Shown here piece by piece: positions 7,644 to 15,012 of a DNA stretch of 20,000 bases. The DNA comes from an uncultured virus (IMG/VR IMGVR_UViG_3300030085_005071) (taxonomy: Duplodnaviria; Heunggongvirae; Uroviricota; Caudoviricetes). The position numbers were made by a program, and so were the translations under genes. The notes below the pieces were generated by a model. That model worked only from the letters and a program-made list of their open reading frames with translations, did no database searches and was not told the origin of the DNA. Every line of letters starts with the position of its first letter. The stretch's first letter is position 1. The stretch covers positions 56,705 through 76,704 of the IMG/VR virus record IMGVR_UViG_3300030085_005071; one strand, given 5' to 3'.

Positions 7644-8530
7644 TATAATTCCACCCACGCTGATGACGGATTAAAGTAAATAACATTTGACGTCGTTGTG
7701 CAATAACCCACTACTCTAACAAAGTCACCTGCACCAGACGGAGCAGTAGTATCCATTCCTCCAGCAGTTGTGCTTATGTAGACTGCTTTTCCAGCAGAGA
7801 AATTAGATAAGTAACTGTGTGCATCAAAGAACCCTCTAATTAAAACGCCGTCGGAAGATGGACTAGATCCTAACGCAATTCCTAACAGCTGATCTGCACC
7901 TGATGCAACAGCATCTGCGTCAACTTCAGTCCAAGTAGAAGAAGTATTAAGATAATACAGTTTTCCTGCTGTTAGTGTACCAGATCCGAAAGTTACGACT
8001 TCGCCTCCTCCGGTATCATTAGCCAAACTAGTAGGGTTATGATGTATATCTAATTTTGTAACTGGCGTAGTATTTCCAAAACCAACGTTTCCGTCCACAG
8101 TTAAATTTGTTGCATTTAATAATTGCAGTGAATCCGATCTCAGTCTAGCTGTGATAGTTTGACTTCCTGCTTTTATATTTGCAAATTCTATAATGCCGTC
8201 TTCTGTTCCATCACTGGCATCATTGATTTTACCAGTGATTTTTGAGTATGTGATTTGTTGATCGGCATCATTTTCTCCTAAAAATTTAATTTGCCCTAAG
8301 TAATCTGCATCTGCCGGAGATCCACTGTTTCTTTTTAGAGAGAATACTGGGCCTGCTGTGCTACTATCTTCAGTTGTTTCTAGGCTCAACATTGATTCCG
8401 TGGTTGTTCCAACCACACGTGCACTGCCTGTCACTACAAACGAGTATGTGTCTGTACCTGCAGAACCAGATACGATAATACCTTCTGCAAAACGCATCGT
8501 TGCTGTTCCCATATTTTTAATTTTTGGCAT
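7643..8530 (-). CDS. Probable virion structural protein (tail fibre / decoration-like)
   Basis: G/S/T/A-rich. GNVGFGNTTPVTKLDI beta-repeat; C-terminal LLGIAL...GVLIRG...GKAVYISTTAGGM.TTAPSG.GDFVRVVGYC module typical of phage structural proteins. Start ATG 8530 after GGAG (CTCC 8536-8539). Confidence 0.75.
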   Translation of the reverse strand: MPKIKNMGTATMRFAEGIIVSGSAGTDTYSFVVTGSARVVGTTTESMLSLETTEDSSTAGPVFSLKRNSGSPADADYLGQIKFLGENDADQQITYSKITGKINDASDGTEDGIIEFANIKAGSQTITARLRSDSLQLLNATNLTVDGNVGFGNTTPVTKLDIHHNPTSLANDTGGGEVVTFGSGTLTAGKLYYLNTSSTWTEVDADAVASGADQLLGIALGSSPSSDGVLIRGFFDAHSYLSNFSAGKAVYISTTAGGMDTTAPSGAGDFVRVVGYCTTTSNVIYFNPSSAWVEL

Positions 8531-8534
8531 AATA

Positions 8535-8574
8535 ACTCCGTAAAAACATTGTATAATTATACTTGACACGGAGT
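8535..8574. promoter_or_regulatory. Symmetric divergent promoter/RBS element
   Basis: The perfect palindrome GTATAATTATAC (8551-8562) gives TATAATTA on both strands. It is flanked by the inverted repeat ACTCCGT (8535-8541) / ACGGAGT (8568-8574), which supplies the SD for each divergent gene. Confidence 0.7.
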
Positions 8575-8581
8575 GAATAAC

Positions 8582-8956
8582 ATGCTAGCTAAAATAATTT
8601 CTTTTTTCTCACAAGATATGCTGTACGGAATTGGTTTTTTAATAATTGGACATGCGATGGGATGGTTTGCAGGAAATTCTCAATTTGTTTGGGCGTACTG
8701 GGAGGATAAACCTATTTTGGCTACACTTTTATTTGGCACACCTGCAGGATTGGCTTTTTGGTACGGTTCAAAATATTGTTTTGCTGCGACTGGTGGAGAG
8801 CTTTGGAGTGTACGTTTTATCGCTGCAGTTTTCTCTTACACAGTTTTTCCAATCATGACCTGGTATTTTCTGAATGAGTCAATGTTCACACCCAAAACAA
8901 TGATGTCAGTATTTTTAGCACTTTCTATTCTTTTTGTCCAGATTTATTATAATTAA
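8582..8956 (+). CDS. Small 4-TM membrane protein, DMT/SMR(EamA)-like
   Basis: Four hydrophobic helices; C-terminal FPIMTWYFLNE...KT...V.LA pattern of DMT proteins. GGAG 8570-8573 favours ATG 8582. Confidence 0.65.
   Translation: MLAKIISFFSQDMLYGIGFLIIGHAMGWFAGNSQFVWAYWEDKPILATLLFGTPAGLAFWYGSKYCFAATGGELWSVRFIAAVFSYTVFPIMTWYFLNESMFTPKTMMSVFLALSILFVQIYYN
8949..8955 (+). promoter_or_regulatory. ATAATTA motif, putative -10-only/late promoter of the kinase cluster
   Basis: TATAATTA 21 nt before ATG 8977. Confidence 0.5.
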
Positions 8957-8976
8957 TAATAAGACCGAGGATAAGC

Positions 8977-9978
8977 ATGAAAGCTAAAAAAGGGGAATGG
9001 TTTTCTTTAAAATGGGAACCAAAGGATTATTATTGTAAAGAATCTTATTTACAACTGACACATTGTCCAGTTTTTGTTTGTGCAGAAAGAGACACAGAAT
9101 CGATATCGTGTGACTTAGAAAATAAGTACCCGAAACTTTCATTGGCATCAATAAAGCGCACATCAATGTTCATAAGTTTAAAGAACGGTATTAAGGTTCC
9201 GACTCATTATCAGATCGGAATGTTAATGCCAGGAGAAGATTTAAAATACGATACATGGTTGCAAAGATATTTCAATATTGATGATGAAGTTTCTGAACAA
9301 ATTAAAAATAAAAACTTATTACAGCAAAAAAGTATTTACTTAGAACATACAGCAAAAATTATAAGACATGATATGCACAGTGGTATCAACACTTATATTC
9401 CGAGAGGCCTGTCAATACTACTTAACAAGTTACCTGAAGAGGTGATAAAAGAACACAAATTAAGTCTAGGGCTACGACTTCTGGAAGAAGGTCTTAAGCA
9501 CTCACAAAAAGTTTACAAAGGTGTTTATGAGTTTACCAATTTAGTAAAAAGAAAACCAGAATTTAATGTCGAGAATCATAATGTAACTAAAGTTCTCAGT
9601 CAACATCTTGAAAGTACTTCTTACAAAGACAAGGTTAATATTTCGGAATTATGTGACATCGAAATTAATAGCACATTATTTACTATTGCTATTGATAATT
9701 TTATTAAGAACGGCATTAAGTATAACAATAATTTTTGCCCTAGGATTGAAATATTCATGAACGATAATAATGAGATAGTTATACAAGATAACGGTATAGG
9801 TATGTCACAAATGGAATACGACATGCAATGCATGCCTTACATGCGTGAAGAAGTAAGTGATGAAAAACCACAAGGACTAGGAATCAACATTGCAAATTCA
9901 ATCTTAGAGGAACACGGTTTTAAAGTTAGTGTTGAAGAGTTAGAAACGGGGACAGCAATAAAAATAAGAGTAAGATGA
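8977..9978 (+). CDS. Sensor histidine kinase (soluble, unknown N-terminal domain)
   Basis: H-box-like LEHTAKIIRHDMHSG; N-box IDNFIKNGIKY; G1 IQDNGIGM; G2 QGLGINI; TGTAIKI. No transmembrane helix in the N-terminal ~115 aa. Confidence 0.88.
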   Translation: MKAKKGEWFSLKWEPKDYYCKESYLQLTHCPVFVCAERDTESISCDLENKYPKLSLASIKRTSMFISLKNGIKVPTHYQIGMLMPGEDLKYDTWLQRYFNIDDEVSEQIKNKNLLQQKSIYLEHTAKIIRHDMHSGINTYIPRGLSILLNKLPEEVIKEHKLSLGLRLLEEGLKHSQKVYKGVYEFTNLVKRKPEFNVENHNVTKVLSQHLESTSYKDKVNISELCDIEINSTLFTIAIDNFIKNGIKYNNNFCPRIEIFMNDNNEIVIQDNGIGMSQMEYDMQCMPYMREEVSDEKPQGLGINIANSILEEHGFKVSVEELETGTAIKIRVR

Positions 9979-9979
9979 A

Positions 9980-10930
9980 ATGAGTATTGATAAATTAATA
10001 GCAAAATTTAAATTCATGAATATTTTGGTTGATAAGATAAGCACACAGTCAAAAGTCTGCTTGATTGTTTCTCTTTTGATACTTGCTAGCTTGTTTGCAA
10101 TTCAAAGCCTGATTGTGTTTCGTGTTTATGAGCCCAGCTACAATCTTGCTCTAATAGATTATATTTGTGTTGTTATTTTTATGATACCTTTTTCTGTCTT
10201 TATAAGGGATTTTTTACTTAGTGTCAAAAATAATGAGAAAGAGTTATTAAAAGAAGTTCTAGAAAAAAACACTTACTTAGAACACGCTGCAAAAATACTT
10301 CGCCATGACATGCATAGTGGGCTCAACACTTACATTCCAAGAGGAATAAGATCATTAGAGAGAAGATTGCCAGAAGAATTGGTAAAAGAGCACAAGCTTG
10401 AATCACCACTTAGACTTTTAAAGGAAGGCTTGGTCCACTCTCAACAGGTCTACAAAGGTGTATACGAATTTACTAATCTTGTCAGGAAAGATGCAACGCT
10501 TCATTTAGAGTTAGTAGATATTGGGGAGGCACTCGAGACTCACTTAAAAAGAACAAGTTACTGCGATCAAGTTTTATTATCAGAAGACTTACCCACAATT
10601 AATATCAATGAGGCACTCTTTTGCACAGCAATTGACAACTTGATCAGGAACGGCTTGAAGTACAATGACAGCAAAACTAAACAAGTCAGAATAGAAATGA
10701 TAGATACACATACACTTGCAGTCATAGATAATGGTCGTGGTTTGTCTAGTCAAGAATTTAAAGAATTATGTAAACCCTATACACGAAAAACTAATCAAAA
10801 AGAAATAGGCTCCGGATTAGGATTAAACATCTGCGTCGCCATACTTAAGGAACATGGGTTTAGCATATCTGCGCAAAAACTGCAACAAGGCACAATGATA
10901 AAAGTGGGGATCAATAATGGAAATGATTAA
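9980..10930 (+). CDS. Sensor histidine kinase with two N-terminal TM helices
   Basis: Two hydrophobic helices with a short loop; LEHAAKILRHDMHSG; IDNLIRNGLKY; VIDNGRGL; GSGLGLNI; QGTMIKV. Confidence 0.9.
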   Translation: MSIDKLIAKFKFMNILVDKISTQSKVCLIVSLLILASLFAIQSLIVFRVYEPSYNLALIDYICVVIFMIPFSVFIRDFLLSVKNNEKELLKEVLEKNTYLEHAAKILRHDMHSGLNTYIPRGIRSLERRLPEELVKEHKLESPLRLLKEGLVHSQQVYKGVYEFTNLVRKDATLHLELVDIGEALETHLKRTSYCDQVLLSEDLPTININEALFCTAIDNLIRNGLKYNDSKTKQVRIEMIDTHTLAVIDNGRGLSSQEFKELCKPYTRKTNQKEIGSGLGLNICVAILKEHGFSISAQKLQQGTMIKVGINNGND

Positions 10931-11354
10931 TTCAATTTTACTAGTAGACGATGAGTGTTTATTTCATCTGGTATTTGAAGATGCGTGTAGTCTTCTTGAC
11001 ATAACACTTAATTTAGAATCAATTGATTCTGCCGATGAAGCTGCTAGGTTATTTGATGCATGGAAGTCTACACCAGAAAAGAAACCGGACTGCGTTTTTG
11101 TTGATTTAAATATCATAGGCTCATCATTTAACGGCATTGAATTAATTCGTAAGATTAATTTTGAATATGGGAATGGTGTGGTCATTGGTATTATATCTTC
11201 TTCAGCAGACAGTGAAGAAATAGCAAAGGCTGTCCAAGCTGGTGCACAATTTTGGATTGTCAAGTCAGACGATATCGAGCCGAGACTAGAAGAGTTTAAA
11301 AAAGATTACAGCGGTTATGTGGATAGAACAGGAAGTTTTAAGGTATATAAATGA
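10917..11354 (+). CDS. Single-domain response regulator (receiver only, CheY-like)
   Basis: ILLVDD acidic pocket; PDCVFVD phospho-acceptor; NGIELIRKI; IGIISSS; AGAQFWIVK conserved Lys; no output domain. Confidence 0.9.
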   Translation: MEMINSILLVDDECLFHLVFEDACSLLDITLNLESIDSADEAARLFDAWKSTPEKKPDCVFVDLNIIGSSFNGIELIRKINFEYGNGVVIGIISSSADSEEIAKAVQAGAQFWIVKSDDIEPRLEEFKKDYSGYVDRTGSFKVYK

Positions 11355-11914
11355 AAATAACAAGAAGACAATTAAAGAATATTGTTCTAAGGGAGTTTAA
11401 GGAAACCGGGCAGAATTTTTACGATATATTTTCCGATACTCCTCCACCTGAAGCTGTACAAGATCGAGGTGATGGTGGCGGTAGAATTCATCAGGTAGTA
11501 TTTGTTGGTAACGACTATAATGATCCTAGTTCTTGGCGGTCAATTCCAGTAAACATGAGCATTTTAAATGCAATGAGAAACGCTTTTGATTCTCTTTCTA
11601 GAGAAACGCAAAGAACGCTATATTCTTATATGGGTGGTATGATTACAGTACCTGATAATGAGAAAGCCAGTTTAAATGAGTTAGGAAAGTTGTATCGTGA
11701 AATGTTAAATAGTCAATTTGAGACAGTTCCGCAACCTAATATTAGAGAATATTACGCAGTTTTTCACCCAAGTTTTGCAGCTCATGGAAAAAATACACCA
11801 GAAGGCCAAGAAAAAGCATTAGCGTTTTACAGATCAGTTGCAGGATACATGCCTGACAGAGAACTGCTTAGCGAGTATGAATTCATAATGCATAGTTCGA
11901 GTGCGCTATATTGA
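11351..11914 (+). CDS. Hypothetical protein with MKITRRQL leader
   Basis: MKITRRQLKNIVLRE; ATGA overlap with the receiver gene. Confidence 0.8.
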   Translation: MKITRRQLKNIVLREFKETGQNFYDIFSDTPPPEAVQDRGDGGGRIHQVVFVGNDYNDPSSWRSIPVNMSILNAMRNAFDSLSRETQRTLYSYMGGMITVPDNEKASLNELGKLYREMLNSQFETVPQPNIREYYAVFHPSFAAHGKNTPEGQEKALAFYRSVAGYMPDRELLSEYEFIMHSSSALY

Positions 11915-11917
11915 GTC

Positions 11918-12484
11918 ATGAATTTTAGCAAAGAAGATATACAACAGCTTTTACATCTAGCTAAAGAGAGACGCGTTTATCTTGAAGGTAACATCATAAA
12001 AATCATCAAGACAGACAATGAAGATTTTAAAAAGTATCTTAAGGAAGCAAAAGAAAAGGATAATGAAACCAGAAAGAAACGATTAGAAATCACAAGGCAA
12101 GTTCAAGATCAGAACAAACAATTGGCAGCGAAAGCAAAAGAAAATGAGTCGCTGATGTTAGAGCTTAAGGAAGCGTTAGAACAGGCAGAAGGTGCAAAAG
12201 AATCTGCATTAAATGATCTAGACCTCATGCAAAAGAAAACTCAGTTTGAACTAATTGGTAACATTGTCAACGTTGCACTCTGGATCATTGTAGGTGTAGG
12301 AGTCATGACGACAATACTATATATGGTTGCATTATACACCAAAGGCTCCGGAGCTGACACTACGCTTATTGGAAACACATGGTCTAACTTATTAGGCATA
12401 CTATTAACAAACTCTTTTAGCATAATAGGTACTATTATGGGTGTTAAGTACGCTAGTGAAAACAGTAAAAAGGAAGAAAAGTGA
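11918..12484 (+). CDS. Coiled-coil protein with two C-terminal TM helices
   Basis: Long K/E/Q/L heptad region (aa ~35-105), then IVNVALWIIVGVGVMTTILYMVAL and WSNLLGILLTNSFSIIGTIMGV. Confidence 0.8.
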   Translation: MNFSKEDIQQLLHLAKERRVYLEGNIIKIIKTDNEDFKKYLKEAKEKDNETRKKRLEITRQVQDQNKQLAAKAKENESLMLELKEALEQAEGAKESALNDLDLMQKKTQFELIGNIVNVALWIIVGVGVMTTILYMVALYTKGSGADTTLIGNTWSNLLGILLTNSFSIIGTIMGVKYASENSKKEEK

Positions 12485-13233
12485 AAATTTCAAAAAGACA
12501 ATTGATACAATTAATTAATGAGCATGTTTACGGAAGTCGTCAATACAATTCGCGAAGGCGTCCGGTTAATCCAATTGATAGAATATTTGATCCTGAAGAC
12601 AGAGAAAAAGCTCAAAATATGTTTAATGCCCCTGATGATGGCATGGGCTTCGGTGATATGGCATTCGAACTAGGGCGAGGTGCAAACCAAATTATACCTA
12701 ACGAACCTGGTGATGCTCCAATAGAACCTCAGTCAAGAGCACAGTTTGATGCAGATATGGCGAGATATGAATCAGAAGAGTTACGTAATAATATTATGAA
12801 TAGCTATGATTGGCAAACAGAATCACAATTAATAAACAATAATTATGATTATAAAGTGTATCTAGATCAAGTAATGGGCCGGCGGTCATATTATGGAGAA
12901 TGGGGAGCACCAGCTAAAAGCCCGCATGAAGATTATGCAGAAATACTAGGTTGCAATGTAAATGATTTAAGATTTTTATACAATCAAGGACGCTCAGATT
13001 ATCATTATCCTGAATTTAGTTCTATGATGTCCTTACTGTACAAACTTGAAAAAGTCGGGTCATTTGTCAAACGAGGTATTAGGCTTCCTAAAGAAAGAAG
13101 CGAAGATATATTTGGTTACGCCACCACGGTCATGACAATATTTTCTCCAAAGACAGACAAGACAGAACCAACTCGATATAAATATTTGACTATTGATGAC
13201 GGCCATCTTAAATTAATTGTTACGTGCAAATAA
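12481..13233 (+). CDS. Hypothetical protein with MKISKRQL leader
   Basis: GTG start with GTGA overlap; MKISKRQLIQLINE. Confidence 0.8.
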   Translation: MKISKRQLIQLINEHVYGSRQYNSRRRPVNPIDRIFDPEDREKAQNMFNAPDDGMGFGDMAFELGRGANQIIPNEPGDAPIEPQSRAQFDADMARYESEELRNNIMNSYDWQTESQLINNNYDYKVYLDQVMGRRSYYGEWGAPAKSPHEDYAEILGCNVNDLRFLYNQGRSDYHYPEFSSMMSLLYKLEKVGSFVKRGIRLPKERSEDIFGYATTVMTIFSPKTDKTEPTRYKYLTIDDGHLKLIVTCK

Positions 13234-13234
13234 T

Positions 13235-13263
13235 TTGTAAATGATAGAATTAATTGCTATTAT
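13235..13263 (+). promoter_or_regulatory. Promoter TTGTAA-17bp-TATTAT for tmRNA
   Basis: TTGTAA 13235-13240, TATTAT 13258-13263; the mature tmRNA 5' end lies 9 nt downstream. Confidence 0.7.
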
Positions 13264-13271
13264 ATAATTAT

Positions 13272-13611
13272 GGGCCGCTAATGGCTTCGACGGAATAGAA
13301 TCAAGGAGACAGTGCAAGCAGGTGAGACGCGACCTCAACAGTTCAAACAATTTAGTTGCAAATAATAACGCACACTTCGAATCTGTAGCTTTAGCTGCTT
13401 AATCGGGTGGTTGCCTCTGACCATCTTTCCAATAGAGGCTTTAGCAGTTGGAGCTGCCAAGAAATAAAATGACAACAGTCCTCCCACATCACAGCAGAGG
13501 CAAAAAAGCGGTGGATATCCCTGTTATCCGGAGAAAAATGATAACTATGCTTGTGAATGACTAGAACTAAGACTATTGCGGACGTGGGTTCGACTCCCAC
13601 GCGGTCCACCA
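13272..13611 (+). ncRNA. ssrA: tmRNA (one-piece, 340 nt), tag (A)ANNNAHFESVALAA*
   Basis: 5' GGGCCGC pairs with 3' GCGGTCC-A-CCA, including the G3:U alanyl determinant. 5' TGGCTTCGACGG motif; T-arm GTGGGTTCGACTCCCAC. Resume codon GCA 13358 after TAGTT; tag ORF 13358-13402 ends in ALAA-TAA. Confidence 0.95.
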
Positions 13612-13621
13612 TTTTTTTAAT

Positions 13622-13671
13622 TTTTCATATTCAGCCGTATAATTATAGACTGCAGAGGTGGAATATGAAAA
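13622..13671 (+). promoter_or_regulatory. Hairpin occluding start codon 13665, with TATAATTA motif in its loop
   Basis: TTTTCATATTC (13622-13632) is the exact reverse complement of GAATATGAAAA (13661-13671). ATAATTA at 13639-13645, 19 nt before the ATG. Confidence 0.65.
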
Positions 13672-14555
13672 TTACAAGAAGACAACTTATGTCATTGATT
13701 ATCGAAGGATTACGTGACGTAAAGTATTTTGACAAAGACATACAGCAGATTGACGCGTCAGACATGTCAAAAAAAGAATTAATGCAGATGTATGGTAGCA
13801 AAACAGGTAGGTTGGCTATCGGTGCAAAAATTAAAAATTTTAGCAAAATGTTTGGTATGCTAGATCTTGATGTCGATGTTTTTTTTGTTCCTAGGCAAAT
13901 ACTTTACACTGCCTTTAAAGATACGTTTTCTCACCTCTCAACAGGAGATATAGAAAACTTGACTAATCCCATGCAAAGTGTAATTAATAACGAAAAAAGC
14001 ACGACAGCAATTAATTTTAAGTCAAAATTATCTTCGATTGCGACGGGAGCTAAAAGCGAAGAAATCAACAGGTTGACGGACAGTATTAACACAGACGGTC
14101 TGACAATCATAGTTCAGACAAAAGAAGGTACACGGCAGCCTAGCAATAGCTTTTTAGATATTAGTCTACCTTGGATATTGCATGATATAGGACATAGTGT
14201 TATCGACGTCGAGTCACCAGGAATACATAACATATTTAAAAGTGTTAAAGGTGTCTTCGGTAAAACTGGATTAAGAGGACGCGGAGGAGACAAATTAGGT
14301 GGAGAGAGAATGGATCTTATGCTCCAGACAAAATATCCAGATCTATACAAGTTTTTCCAGGAAAACAATTTTACTAATACTCTGCAACCACATGATGTTT
14401 ACGCTTCACTATTCGCTTATTATTTAGTTTATAAAGATTTTCCTCCCCAATTAGATGGAGAAGACAGAGGTAAGCTAGGGTATATTTTCGATAATGTTAT
14501 TGACTCTCTAAAGGGAAGGGTTTATATTATGGACATGTATGAGCTAAATAAATGA
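13665..14555 (+). CDS. Hypothetical protein with MKITRRQL leader; HDxGH motif
   Basis: Start moved from 13557 (inside the tmRNA) to ATG 13665 after GAGGTG. MKITRRQLMSLIIE; PWILHDIGH. Confidence 0.8.
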   Translation: MKITRRQLMSLIIEGLRDVKYFDKDIQQIDASDMSKKELMQMYGSKTGRLAIGAKIKNFSKMFGMLDLDVDVFFVPRQILYTAFKDTFSHLSTGDIENLTNPMQSVINNEKSTTAINFKSKLSSIATGAKSEEINRLTDSINTDGLTIIVQTKEGTRQPSNSFLDISLPWILHDIGHSVIDVESPGIHNIFKSVKGVFGKTGLRGRGGDKLGGERMDLMLQTKYPDLYKFFQENNFTNTLQPHDVYASLFAYYLVYKDFPPQLDGEDRGKLGYIFDNVIDSLKGRVYIMDMYELNK

Positions 14556-14565
14556 GGAACACTAT

Positions 14566-15012
14566 ATGAAAATTACAAGAAGACAATTAAGGCGTTTAAT
14601 CGCTGAAGCTGAGTTTACACCCGGGCGACCGTTAAATCGAGATGCAATGTACTTTGCGCTAGGTATGCATCCATCCCAGATAAAAGAAAAAGAAATAAGA
14701 AGTCACCCTTTTTATGAAGAGGGTCTATATAGCTTATATAGTTTTATTGAGGTAAATGCAACACCTGGGCGATTCTATAGCCCAGAACACATAGACGATA
14801 TTGTTGAATCTGGAACCGCCTATTTGGAAGGACTGTATGAAGGATCAGTCATTGCTGGTAGGGTTGGATTTGAAAGAGAAAATCCTGTTGATGAAGACTT
14901 TACAAGTGCTTTACTTCAAGATCTACTAAGTAACGGTTACGTAGACGTCGATGTTGACGATTTAGTTGTACCCACTTCCGCTGGTGAAAGGTGGTATGAC
15001 GCGCATGCCTAG
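14566..15012 (+). CDS. Hypothetical acidic protein with MKITRRQL leader, possible winged-helix C-terminus
   Basis: GAGGA SD; MKITRRQLRRLIAE; LLQDLLSNGYV...VPTSAGERW resembles a wHTH wing. Confidence 0.8.
   Translation: MKITRRQLRRLIAEAEFTPGRPLNRDAMYFALGMHPSQIKEKEIRSHPFYEEGLYSLYSFIEVNATPGRFYSPEHIDDIVESGTAYLEGLYEGSVIAGRVGFERENPVDEDFTSALLQDLLSNGYVDVDVDDLVVPTSAGERWYDAHA

Noticed and set aside
13264..13270. ATAATTA immediately before the tmRNA, and another copy at 1583-1589, as late promoters
   Set aside because: The first would start transcription inside the mature tmRNA. The second sits just before a terminator with no start codon at the usual distance. Neither is counted.
13575..13611. Stand-alone tRNA suggested by GGTTCGACTCCC...CCA
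   Set aside because: There is no anticodon arm. The acceptor partner is ~330 nt upstream with a tag ORF in between, so this is the tmRNA 3' end.
13391..13664. ORF 13391-13612 (-) and the 13557-13664 extension of the downstream ORF
   Set aside because: Both overlap the tmRNA. The real start is ATG 13665, which has an SD and the shared leader.
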